A stretch of DNA of 64,000 nt, counting the filler, from Octopus bimaculoides (Eukaryota): NCBI RefSeq assembly GCF_001194135.2. It is 5 parts of 4 records of this genome, joined end to end, with 100 filler letters (N's around TTAATTAATTAA, not from the genome) between each part and the next. Parts side by side here need not be neighbours in the genome. Positions count along the whole stretch, not along the records: positions 1 to 17,591 come from NC_068983.1; 4 more parts are not named here. The stretch is one strand, 5' to 3'. The translations under genes and the position numbers were made by a program. The first letter of the stretch is position 1; every line of letters begins with the position of its first letter. Of the stretch, positions 1 to 11,901 are shown piece after piece. Under the pieces are notes generated by a model. It was not told where the DNA came from. It saw only the letters and a list, made by a program, of their open reading frames with translations, and made no database searches.

Positions 1-12
1 TATATATATAAT

Positions 13-188
13 GGTTTTAAATTTCGGCAGCAATTTCGGGGGTGGGGATAAGTCAATAACATCAACCCCGAAAGGATGAAAGGCAAAGTCGACCTCGGCA
101 GAATTTGAACTCAGAACGTTAAGACAGACGAAATACCGCTAAAAATTTAGTCCGGTATGCTAACGATTCTGTAAGTTCTCGCTGCCTT
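13..188 (-). mobile_element. tRNA-derived SINE family A (head GGCGGYGAGCTGGCAGAAWCGTTAGCACGCCGG; core CCTTTCATCCTTTCGGGGTCGATAAA)
   Basis: Same sequence recurs about 20 times in the window, with B-box-like GAGTTCAAATTCC. It resembles the described Octopus OR-type SINEs (assignment from memory, unverified). Confidence 0.8.
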
Positions 189-744
189 TAATGATGTATG
201 TATGTATGTATGTATTGTATGTATGTATGTATGTATGTATGTATGTATGTATGTAGTAATAAGAATGTTAATCCTTGGATTAAATTTATAAATATTTTAA
301 TGCATCACTACGCGCGTTTCCACATATCACATGTTTCTTATGATCATAGTCTGTATTCCTGGGATGATTACAGTGCAGTCCGTAGTATGCATGAATATCG
401 GGGAGATCATGTTCATGCATTTATTTCTTCGGGCGATATACGTGAATAATATCACTTAGTCGATATAATGGACTAACTCCACTCCTCCAAAAATGCTGGC
501 CTCGTGACAAAATTTGAACTTACTATTGATATTTTTCGTTCTACACTTCGATGCATACATCGATGAAAACATAAGCATGCATACATATAAACATACATAT
601 ATACACATACATGCATATAAACATTCTTACACACACACATACATACATATGCAAATATACAGGGCATGATGCGTAAATTGTCACCATTGTACATTTCTGA
701 TTTCGCGCATGCGCATTGTTTTTGATTTTGTCGACTACACAGTA

Positions 745-1536
745 TAGTGGGGTCGGTTGGGCACCGTCTGTGAGAAAAACAGCACCATGACGCAATTCAC
801 TCTGTCAGAAATTTGGAAACGACATGCTGTACTGCTTGGCATTCGCGCCGGAAGCTCCAATACGAATATTTCAGAGTATTTGGGTGTCAATCTGAGGACA
901 GTGCAGTCTGAGGACATGTACCGAGAGAGATAAAAATCAGACATCCAGTCAACATCATGGTGTTTGGAGTGATCACTAGTGATTGTGACGTTATGCCTCC
1001 ATTCATCTTCCCACACGGCCTCATACTCAACATGGAGGCCTACATCAAGTGCCTGGATGAGGTAGTGCTGCTCTGGGTCAAGAGGGTGTCTGCTGGAAGA
1101 CCCTATGTCCGGCAACAGGACTCTGCACCATGCTACACAAGCAGGAGAACCCAGTCATGGCTGTCAGACAATTTCTGCGACCACATCACCCCTGGCCACC
1201 AAACTCCCCAGACTGCAAAGCCCTTGATTATTATTTGTGGGGCACAGTTGAGTGAGAGACCAACAAAACTCCTTATAACACCAAAGATAAACTAAAGGCG
1301 AGAATTATGACAGCATTCACCAACTTAAACAAGGAGACCATCCAGAAGAGTTGAAGGAGATTCCGAAATTGTCTGGAGGCCGTGGTTGAAGCCAATGGCG
1401 ATTTTATTGAATGAATTTACTCTTTAGTATTTCAAGATATTTTTATGTAATTTGGGTAAATATATCTGTTGAAATGAGATGTCAGTATTATTTTCATTTT
1501 TGCGAATTTAGATGACAATTTATTCACTGCAACCTG
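745..1536 (+). mobile_element. Internally deleted, degenerate Tc1/mariner-superfamily DNA transposon
   Basis: ATG at 787 begins MTQFTLSEIWKRHAVLLGIRAG (HTH). 957-1400 gives MVFGVITSD.DVMPPFIFPHGL...QQDSAPC.TS.RTQ.WL..NF and a frameshifted WPPNSPD.NPLD motif. One TIR-like end (gatgacaatttattcactgcaacctg) ends at 1536. Left boundary uncertain. Confidence 0.85.
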
Positions 1537-2572
1537 GACTCAACAACCAAACCAAGAATTACTTTGGTGCTATGAAAAATCCCGAGATGACCCTTCAATC
1601 GGATACATGAAGGGGTTAAAACAATACTCGGGCAAGGCTCATCCAATCTTAAATACTTTCACGACGAAACAGCTCCGACAACAAACATCTTTTGTAAAAA
1701 GAATAAATCAACTGGTCCTCGATCCTCCCAAAAATAATCGGAGCATTAGGTTTTGTTAGAAAATGCTTAAAGGAGAATCTGGATAAACTGGGATTTTCAG
1801 AAATAGAAATCGACCGGTTAATTCGTACATTACAAGTGCAATCTGTGNNNNNNNNNNNNNNNNNNNNNNNNNNNNNNNNNNNNNNNNNNNNNNNNNNNNN
1901 NNNNNNNNNNNNNNNNNNNNNNNNNNNNNNNNNNNNNNNNNNNNNNNNNNNNNNNNNNNNNNNNNNNNNNNNNNNNNNNNNNNNNNNNNNNNNNNNNNNN
2001 NNNNNNNNNNNNNNNNNNNNNNNNNNNNNNNNNNNNNNNNNNNNNNNNNNNNNNNNNNNNNNNNNNNNNNNNNNNNNNNNNNNNNNNNNNNNNNNNNNNN
2101 NNNNNNNNNNNNNNNNNNNNNNNNNNNNNNNNNNNNNNNNNNNNNNNNNNNNNNNNNNNNNNNNNNNNNNNNNNNNNNNNNNNNNNNNNNNNNNNNNNNN
2201 NNNNNNNNNNNNNNNNNNNNNNNNNNNNNNNNNNNNNNNNNNNNNNNNNNNNNNNNNNNNNNNNNNNNNNNNNNNNNNNNNNNNNNNNNNNNNNNNNNNN
2301 NNNNNNNNNNNNNNNNNNNNNNNNNNNNNNNNNNNNNNNNNNNNNNNNNNNNNNNNNNNNNNNNNNNNNNNNNNNNNNNNNNNNNNNNNNNNNNNNNNNN
2401 NNNNNNNNNNNNNNNNNNNNNNNNNNNNNNNNNNNNNNNNNNNNNNNNNNNNNNNNNNNNNNNNNNNNNNNNNNNNNNNNNNNNNNNNNNNNNNNNNNNN
2501 NNNNNNNNNNNNNNNNNNNNNNNNNNNNNNNNNNNNNNNNNNNNNNNNNNNNNNNNNNNNNNNNNNNNNNNN

Positions 2573-2807
2573 TAGTCGAGCAAATGGACCCCAGGACTTA
2601 TTCTTTGTAAGCCTAGTACTTATTCTATTGGTCTCTTTTGCCGTACCGCTTATTGTGACGGGGACGTAAACACACCAGCGTCGGTTGTCAAGCGATTTTG
2701 TGGGGTACAAACACAAACACACAAACATGCACACGCACACACATATATATGTAAACACACTAGCATCGGTTGTCAAGCGATGTTGGGTGGGGGGGACAAA
2801 CACAGAC

Positions 2808-2845
<38 letters not shown>

Positions 2846-3006
2846 GACGGTCTTCTTTCAGTTTCCATCAACCAAATCCACTCAAAAGGCTTGGTCGACC
2901 CGAGGCTATAGTAGAAGATACTTGCCCCAGGTGCCACTCAGTGGGACTGAACCTGGAACCATGTGGTTGGGAAGCAAGCTTCTTACCACACAGCCACTCC
3001 TGCGCC
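2573..3006 (-). mobile_element. tRNA-derived SINE family B (head GGCGCAGGAGTGGCTGTGTGG; CCTTGGGCAAGT CORE-like motif; internal TA/TG microsatellite)
   Basis: Head, internal (TA)n/(CA)n and 3' part (GACAACCGATG..GAATAAGTACTAGGCTTACAAAGAATAAGTCCTGGGGTC) are all present. More than 12 pieces occur elsewhere in the window. Confidence 0.85.
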
Positions 3007-4020
3007 TATGTTATATATTTTGGCTACATTAGTCTTAAGATTCTTTGATTTCTGCATTAAATCTGTGGGGGGGATGGGATGTCAGTATTCATTTTCGTAG
3101 AAAATGAATTAATCGTATATTAAATCTGCGATTAACGCAGATTATTGGATGCGAGTGTTGTGGTGGATTTGAATTCAATGTATTCTTGAAATCTATTACT
3201 TGTTACCAGAGTTGTTCTTAAACGAAGAGAAAAAAAAATGTTTATAAACTAGAATATTTTGTGTGTGGTTATGTTTGACATATGTCTGAGAGAGTGAGAG
3301 GAAACGAGTACTTAAGAAGACCTCGATGTTTATCATAAATAAAAAAACAGAAACCCACAAGAAAATAAAAACTAAAAGAAAAAACAAACACTGAAATCGG
3401 GTCAACAACATTTACTGTGGTGACACCCGGAAAAACCTCATTAAAGAACTCATTGTTATACATAACAATGTTCGGGTTGTTGTGAACTTTGTGTGTGTGC
3501 GTGTGTGTGTGTAAAGGAAAGGGCCGAGGGTACTTTGAACATGAGTTCGTAATGCGGTAGTTGCTCGAGTGTTCTTTCTGCACAATACGAGGGTCAAAGT
3601 TATTGAAACGAAACGACTAATGATGAAGAAGTCAAAGGACCAGATCAGTAGCATCAGAATTGGACAATTATTATTTACAAGTCAAAAAGATAACATTTGT
3701 TCCGGAAGTTCCTTGAGAATTTTTCTTGTTTTGTAGTCGAATATATTATCGTTCTGTGTATAAAGAAACTAGATTGAAGTATATTAAGGGCTAAACCAGA
3801 AGATAATGACGCTACAAATAGACACAGGATGCTGCGAGATGCTGAAGTTGGGCCACTATTGAAATATTCTGGTACAAAACACCAATTACTGTTTTAATTT
3901 GAGAAACGTGAAAATTTTATTCGTGTGATAAAAATCTGTACGATATTTGAAGATATGAAATCACATCGGCTGAAGCCTATTTCACACAAATGTTATTATC
4001 AGTTTATGGCGGTACAATAA

Positions 4021-4228
4021 GGCGGTGAACTGGCAGAATCGTTAGCACACCGGGCAAAATGCTTAGCGGTATTTCGTCTGCTGCTACGTTCTGAGTTCAA
4101 ATTCCACGGAGGTCGACTTTGTCTTTCGTATTTTCAGGGTCGATAAATTAAGTACCACTGGGGTCGATCTAATCAACTGACCCCTTCCCCAGAATTTCTG
4201 ACCGTGTGCCTAGAGTAGAAAAGAATAT
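4021..4228 (+). mobile_element. SINE family A copy
   Basis: Head, core and tail are recognisable. Further minus-strand copies at about 4424-4639, 4700-4850 and 6245-6430. Confidence 0.85.
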
Positions 4229-5392
4229 TTTTGATTGAATTTAGAGCATCACTAAGACTTCGATTGTTATTCAGAATCAATATTTTACGTTCCTTGACAT
4301 AACGCGGTCACGTGAGATGTTTAATACTGAGAGTAAATATATGCTGATTATGGCATCGTTTATTTCACGTCGAAATATTAAAATCAACGATTTGAAAGAC
4401 GTTAATGCTCAACTCTAGCCATATTGGTTTCTGATTTTGGCACAAGGCCAGCAATTCTGGGGGAGGGGTATGTAGATTGCATCGATCCTAGTTCTCAACT
4501 GGTACTTATTTTATGGACCCTAAAAGGATGAAATGCAAAGTTGACCTGTTTTGGAATTTGAACTCAGAACGTAAAGACGGACGAAATGCCGTTAAGCATT
4601 TTGTCCGGCGTGCAAACGATTCTGCCACTTTGCCGCCTTAGTCTCTATTTGAAATATTGATTTTCATTTTAGAAGTAATGTCAGAAATTTAGGAAGGAAA
4701 AGTCGAGAGTATCCCCCCCCCCCCCAGAACTTGATCCTTGAAATAATCAAAGGTAAATCGATCTGGGCGAGATTCTTCGAAATTAGAACGTAAAGTGGCA
4801 AAATTAAAATAAATAGCACAAGGCATTTTCTCTGATGCTCTGCCGACTCTGACTATCATTGATTTTTAACTTCTCTTTCCCACCACATAAAACATATTTC
4901 AATGTTTCACTTTTTTTTATTTACAAACACACAATACCACTATTTACCTCAGATTCACGTTTAACATAAAAGTTGTTGTTGACTTTGTTGTTGATGCTAC
5001 ATAAAACAGGTCAGCACTGAACAAAAAGGTATAGGCTTTCCAGTCGTGGCCCTTATGACGGCATTATCCCTGTGTATTTCCTATTTTGAAAATGATTGTG
5101 TAGTTTGAGGACGATTTAGCTGTTGTTTTCATCCGGTTGATTGATTGCATAGAACACTTGAGAATCTAGTATGTACAAAAGCTATAGACTGTACAGAACC
5201 TATGATATCTCATTAGGAATGGCAATGATGTTTAATTTTAAAAGTTCTGTCCAATAAGTATTTAAAGATCTCATTTGTGACAGTGTCAAGTCTGAAGAGG
5301 AATGGAATTTTGTCAACCGGTGAGAGGTTGTTACCGCAGGCATAGAGGCTCCTTCGTTTGAGGACGCGTAGACACGATGCGATACCGTAACA

Positions 5393-5901
5393 CAGCGGTC
5401 ACCAAACTCTTTTCACGGCGGGTCAGATAACTGAGGGAATGACGAGCGCGGGCCGCATAACCATTTTCTCCAATACAATACAGTGAATACACAAAAAATA
5501 AAGACAACCAACATATTTATTTACCAAAATGTTATCAAAGAGGGTAACGTAAGCAATAAGATAGTTATATCACACCCAAAGCGCACAGATCCGAATCTCA
5601 CAAACTAAGCAGCAAAAATGGTTGGTAAGATTTGTAAAACTGATGTTTAGCTTTTGAGATATGCATTGGAATTGCTGCAACTAACCAAGAGAATTGTTTT
5701 CAAATGTCCATCAGTCAACCTCGTTCGATATTCTGACTTTAAATACTTCATTATTGAAAATGTTTGTTCACAGACATGAGTTGTTTCAAACACTGATGCC
5801 ATACAAGAGGCAAATAAACTCTCATTGCAGGTACTTACACAAAAAGTATAGTGCGGCGGTGGGCCGGATCCGGCCCGCATGCCGTAATTTGGTGATGCCG
5901 G
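5393..5901 (-). mobile_element. 509-bp non-autonomous hAT (Charlie/SPIN-like) element keeping the transposase dimerisation domain
   Basis: Exact 8-bp TSD CCGTAACA at 5385-5392 and 5902-5909. Imperfect TIRs cagcggtcaccaaact / aatttggtgatgccgg. Minus strand encodes SVFETTHVCEQTFSIMKYLKSEYRTRLTDGHL (hAT C-terminal motif). Confidence 0.9.
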
Positions 5902-6769
5902 CCGTAACATAACACGATACATTCAAATGAATAAACTAGGCTGCTAAATTAACTTCTTTCTACTTAATAGCCTAAAGCAAGTTGCATGCTCATTGCTTTT
6001 TGTCAATAACAGAATGTAAATTTTTAGAAAGATAACACAACAATTGGCAAGTCTGAACTAAAAAAAAAAAGCTGTTTTACGAAACAAAAATATGTAAACA
6101 ATTTCATCGAACGCTACTTGTGTCATTACTCACATTGAATACTAATTGTTTTGCAGATAATATTTTCACATGAGAAAAGCATTGGTGAGTCATTAGCGTT
6201 ATCCATGCAAAAAAATTAGGATAACAATGCCCTAATTTTATAATACTTGTTTCAAATTTTGGGACAAGGCCGACAATTTCGGGGAGGGGATAAAACGATT
6301 ACATCGACTCTACTGCTAGACTGGTACTTATTTTATCGATCCCGAAAGGATAAAAGGCAAAGCTGGCGCTGACGGCATTTGAACTCAGAACATAAAGACG
6401 GATTTGTCCAGCGCGGTAACGATTCTACCAACTCATCCAAATTTTATTATATTGTCACAATAAAATAATGGATTCCAGGACATCTTTAGATATTCAACTG
6501 CATAAAATATATAAGGTTTCAGGTTTATTGAACATTTTCATTTAAATTTACTGATGAAAAGCAGGACTAGACTTCGATTGCGTATAATCCACATTAATCC
6601 CCATTAGTCCTCATTAATCCATAAATGCTGAATGATAGCGCTTAAACTATTAACACAGAAAATTGTTTTGATTTTAACTGAAGCAAAAGTTCATTAAGAC
6701 AGGCATTGATGACGAGGGAGTAACAGAAACCTTAAGACTGACCAGCAAACTCAATACATCAGATATTTA

Positions 6770-6872
6770 TCTTAAACAAGTATCTTGCTGACAGTGACTT
6801 CAAAGCTTCGACCAGTTAAGCCATCGTCGGCCGAAACTTCGAAGTCCTTGTCAACAAGATTCTTGTTTAAGA
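6770..6872 (-). ncRNA. Candidate pre-miRNA-like / hairpin RNA (44-bp imperfect stem, 15-nt loop)
   Basis: Arms 6770-6813 and 6829-6872 are reverse complements. On the minus strand four of the mismatches become G-U pairs. Expression is unknown. Confidence 0.35.
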
Positions 6873-9149
6873 ATAATAATTTTGTATTCTACAAAAGTCG
6901 AGAATAACTCGTCAGATCAATGTAAAATTGTTTTTATTTTAACTGAATATAAAAACAGACATTAATATACACCAGATATTCTGGGTTTCTAAGGTCCATA
7001 CTAATTTTGAATTACATTGAATCAAAGGATTTGTTTCACATTATTTAATCTCAGAAGTAAATAATCATTTACTTCTTTTTATGGCTTCGTTTTATTATTG
7101 AGTTATGCGTGGTAAGTAGCTTGCTTACGAACCACATGGTTCCGAGTTCAGTCCCACTGCGTGGCACCTTGGGCAAGTGTCTTCTACTATAGCCTCGGGC
7201 CAACCAAAGCCTTGTGAGTGGATTTGGTAGACGGAAACTGAAAGAAGCCTGTCGTAAAGGTAAGACAATCACAAATGCAAATTTCATGGCCAGGTAAAGG
7301 TAAGATAATCACAAATGCACACAATCACAAATGTCTTAGAAATGAAAGTCTTTTAAGAAATCACTTGAAGCACGGAAAAGAAAATGGCTTGGGTTTACTT
7401 AAACATTATTACTCTTTTACTCTTTTACTTGTTTCAGTCATTTGACTGTGGCCATGCTGGAGTACCGCCTTTAGTCGAGCAAACCGACCCCAGGACTTAT
7501 TCTTTGTAAGCCTAGTTCTTATTCTATCGGTCTCTTTTACCGATATTCTATAGAAAATATTCTCGAACACAGGATGGCTGTGAAGACAGCTTCGAAAATC
7601 GGGTAAATATCCTTTAGAAGACTGGAAAAGCAGTCAGCAGGTACAGAGAATCGAACCCTGTACCTTTCAGTTCTAGTTGAGCGCTGTATTGTATTAAGCT
7701 AAGAGATCCGTGTGTCTTTCTCTTTGTTTGTCTCTCACCAGTGCTTGACAACCGATGTTGATTTGCCTTTCGTCTCCGTAACTAAACGGTTCGGCAAAAG
7801 AAATCGATAGAAAAAAGTGCCAGGCTTACAACGAAGTACTGGAATGGATTCGCTCGACTTAAAATTCTTTAGGGCGATGCTCCAGCATAGCCGCAGTCCA
7901 AAGACTTAAACAAGCAAAAGGTAAACGATAATAGAAAGAACAACAAACCCCTTGTTAGCAATGCGCAACGTTTGTGTAACCTTTGTTGATAAGATCACAG
8001 TTCATGTTTCAGTAGAGACACACGCATACCAGAAAGTCTCTTTTTCACTGAAACGAGATGAAGATGATAAGCTCTGCTGATATCAATGGTGAAGGCGATT
8101 GCGTCATTATGATAACGAGGGGGTAGAAGTAGGAAGAAGATGATAAAGGCGAGAAGGAAGAGGAGCTGTAAGACAACTGTATAGATTTATCAACATTGAG
8201 GCCACGTTAAGACATGCACTGATATCTCTCATTAAAATGCTCATCCCACCCCAACAATGCCGGAATTACGGAGAGATTCACTTTACAACAATGCTACCGA
8301 CAACGAGGAGTTCAATAATTATTATCATTCTTAAATAATAAGAATAATAAAGCTACTTATACATTTTAAGAGGACATATAACCTTAAATGCATCGAATTT
8401 ATTGGAATTTTTTTCTAATAATTGTAGAAGTATAATAACTGCACGATCAAGTCGAGTGAAGAGTATACCGAATTCGTACATCAGAAAATGTGGATCAGTA
8501 GTTTTCTGTAGTTGTATAGTTAAGAGAACGATTCGTATCAATGAGAAAAATTAAGGGTGATATCAACGAGCAAAATCTTTCGATCTGAAATATCTATTTT
8601 ATTGATTCAATATGATGGATTCTTCCGTCGAAGCCGATGGATGAGTGTTTAACTTTTGCCGAACGACCTGCACCAAACGGTGTATTTATTGTGATGAAAT
8701 ATATGTGCTGTGTGTTAGCTCACTCGCTCCATCAAATCGACGTTGTCCTTGAATAGGTCATGGTGTACCACGCGTCAGGTGTCGAAGTGATCGCCGGTCT
8801 AGGAAATGAAGCCAGGATCTCGCCATTGCGAATGCAACAGCCTAACCGATCCAATATTGATTAAATATCGGCGATTGTCGTAATTGGTCACTACTTGGAG
8901 TCATTCTTAGCCACTTTTGTTATGCAAGAGGCCTTTTTTCCGCCGAGGTCGACTTGCTTTTTTCTTTTCGGGGTCGATAAAATAAGTAGCAGTCGATGTA
9001 ATCAATTTACCCGTCCCCCGAAATCGCCGGTCTTGTGCCAGAATTTGAAACCAATATATGAGGCCCTTTTGTCTTTTTGAAAGAATATTTACAAACAGAT
9101 GTGTTCAGTTGGATCTTAAAATTAAAATCATTCTGTGCCTAAGTTCGGC

Positions 9150-9430
9150 ACCCAACAGCCACATTGTAGTAATAGGGAGAACCATTCCAACAGCCTTTTA
9201 CTACTAACTTCAGTGACCGTTACAATAGCCGTTTAACCAGCCTTTGCTACTAAGTGCAATGGCTGTTACAATAGCCATTTAATTAACCTGTACTTCTGAA
9301 TGCAATGTTTGTCTGAATAGTACCGTGTTGATAGCCATTTCATCAGCCTTTTCTACTGACTTCAATAGCCGTGTCCATAGCTGTTTCACTGACTTCAATG
9401 GTCGTGGGAATAGCCATTTTATCAGCCACA
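9150..9430. repeat. Degenerate minisatellite built on aatagcc..cagccttttctactgacttcaat units (about 45-50 bp)
   Basis: Recurrent aatagcc, cagcctttt and gacttcaat words are visible by eye. Confidence 0.55.
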
Positions 9431-10009
9431 CCAGGTGCCACGTTATTAATACAAACGAGAAAAAACATTCATGAACTGAATTCAACTTGAATTCAATACA
9501 AAATGAAATATGATAATTTCACAAATGAGAATTTCCCGGCGGGTGTAGAATGCGACTCGGTTCATTTTTAAAATTAAGCCACATTACTTCGCAGCCAAAT
9601 TTCTTAGTACAGACATTTCCGTTTGGGTATCTTATATTCTACTTCCTGTTACCTGTGACATATTTACGGCTGCAGCAATGCATTGTTTCTCCAACGAATC
9701 GTCCCCAATATTTATTTTTTTGTAACGCATTCTGCTCATTCTATCCGTCTTTGGCCGAACCGCTATGTTTCGGGGTTTTAAACACACGCACGCACACACA
9801 TACACACACGCACGTACACACACACAAACACACAAACACACACACACACACGCACGCACGCACACACATTAGAAACAGAGAATGAGGAAGCATTTAATTT
9901 ATGATTTAAACATATTGTATTCCTCTGCACTGTTTAAATTATCAATGAAACGCTCCAAAGTCAGACCACATGTTTTGCTTGCTCATTCTCTGTTTCTCTG
10001 TTTTTATAC

Positions 10010-10599
10010 ATATGCAGGAGGGGTTGCTTCCCAACCAGATAGTTCTAGGTTCAGTCTTTGTGCATGGCACCTTGGGCAAGTGTTTTCTACTATAGCCTCG
10101 GGCCGACCAAAACCTTGCGAGTGGATTTCGTAGATGGAAACTGAAAGAAGCCTGTCGTATATATATATATATATATATATATATCCAATCATTCGCCATG
10201 CTGGACCGCTGAAATCCACAAGTTTTTTTTCATTCCTTCTCTGCTTATGTTCTCTTATTCCTCTTTGTTGAAGAGCGTAGGCTCGAAGCATAAAAGACTT
10301 TTCTATTTTTCCCGAGCGTCAAACTAATACCCTTGCTTGTTGTTCANNNNNNNNNNNNNNNNNNNNNNNNNNNNNNNNNNNNNNNNNNNNNNNNNNNNNN
10401 NNNNNNNNNNNNNNNNNNNNNNNNNNNNNNNNNNNNNNNNNNNNNNNNNNNNNNNNNNNNNNNNNNNNNNNNNNNNNNNNNNNNNNNNNNNNNNNNNNNN
10501 NNNNNNNNNNNNNNNNNNNNNNNNNNNNNNNNNNNNNNNNNNNNNNNNNNNNNNNNNNNNNNNNNNNNNNNNNNNNNNNNNNNNNNNNNNNNNNNNNNN

Positions 10600-10635
<36 letters not shown>

Positions 10636-10840
10636 GTCTGTGTTTGTCCCCTCACCATCGCTTGACAACCGATGTTGGTGTGTTCCCGTCCCCGTAACTT
10701 AGCGATTCGGCGAAAGAAACCGATAGAATAAGTACTAGGCTTACAAAGAATAAGTCCTGGGGTCGATTTGCTCGACTAAATGCGGTGCTCCAGCATGGCC
10801 ACAGTCAAATGACTGAAACAAGTAAAAGAATAAAAGAATA
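10010..10840 (+). mobile_element. SINE family B head (10010-10160) and tail (10600-10840) separated by microsatellite, a PLE-end insert and a gap
   Basis: Both halves match 2573-3006 in reverse complement. Confidence 0.75.
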
Positions 10841-11860
10841 ATGTATAACAATAGTCTGGTCGATCACGTAATCACGTGATAATTGTAATTAAAGCTTGGA
10901 GTTAAATTAGTGTTTCTCAACAAGGCTGGCAGAGACCTCCCAATGCAAGGAGCAGTGTAAACATGGCAGGGACGTTGTAAACATTAAGGGGCTGGCATTT
11001 ATTTGAAAAGTATGTTCAGGTATTCACTCCCATAACTTAGTGATAAAACAGGTCGGCCATCTTTGATACAAACTAGCTACTTTCACTTTCGCCAGACTGG
11101 AGCCGACAATATTGCGTCGCTGGGCGGCAGCCCTTTGTCGCCGATGACATTTTCTGGTGAAATTAGTTCGCGGTTGAGGATGGGGTGTTCTGCTTCCGGT
11201 AATTGTTGTTATTGTTGTGGAATTGTTTTTGTACTGTTGTTCATTTGTTGTTATTGTTGTTTAAGTTGTAATGATGTCATTGTGTGAAGATTGTTTAAAA
11301 ATTCTTCATTGTTCATGTTGTTGTTGTTGTTGTTGTCATCTTACCAGCAACAGGAACAACAGCATATCTAAACATCTCATACAATCACAATCTTCAATAT
11401 CAAACAACAACAACAACAGCAACGACTCCGACGACTGCAACAACACCATCAACAACAACAATGAAATAATTCTTAATTGCTCCATAAAATATTTCCAACA
11501 ACAAACAAGTTGGCGACAGTCGAGCGTCGTGGAAAAAAAAAATTCTGCAGTCGTTTTCAATTTTAAAACGTTGACATATGTGAGAGAAAGAGAGACAGAA
11601 CGAGAGAGAGAGATAGACAGAGAGCGAGAAAGAGGAGGAGAAGAGAAGAAGTGCAGAGACAGGTGGAGAAGAGGAAAGAAAGAAAAACAAGCTAAGCCAT
11701 TGTATGTAGAGTCGAGTTGCTTTGCAAGTGTTTCTATTTTGAAGTATTGTCGTAGTTTGTATCGTTTAACTTCAAACTCATTAAAACTTCTAATATTTGG
11801 GAACAGTTTCAAAAACGGAACAGCATATACATATGCATATGTGTGTGTGTGTGTGTGTGT

Positions 11861-11901
<41 letters not shown>

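Noticed and set aside
1649-2809. Long ORFs in the track (also 10324-10702, 12043-13002, 19777-20526, 22511-23651, 26322-26871, 29905-30199, 35309-35926, 47952-48610, 54525-55428)
   Set aside because: They are open only because N runs and (TA)n/(CA)n/(ATGT)n repeats contain no stop codons.
7637-7712. tRNA-like sequence on the minus strand (GGTTCGATTC B-box); similar at about 32345-32410
   Set aside because: The acceptor and anticodon stems do not pair. This is a degenerate SINE-type tRNA head, not a functional tRNA gene.
10900-11560. CpG-richer segment with AAGATGGCCG (YY1/start-like) on the minus strand
   Set aside because: The ATG closes after 7 codons and all frames are interrupted, so a promoter or first exon cannot be supported from sequence alone.
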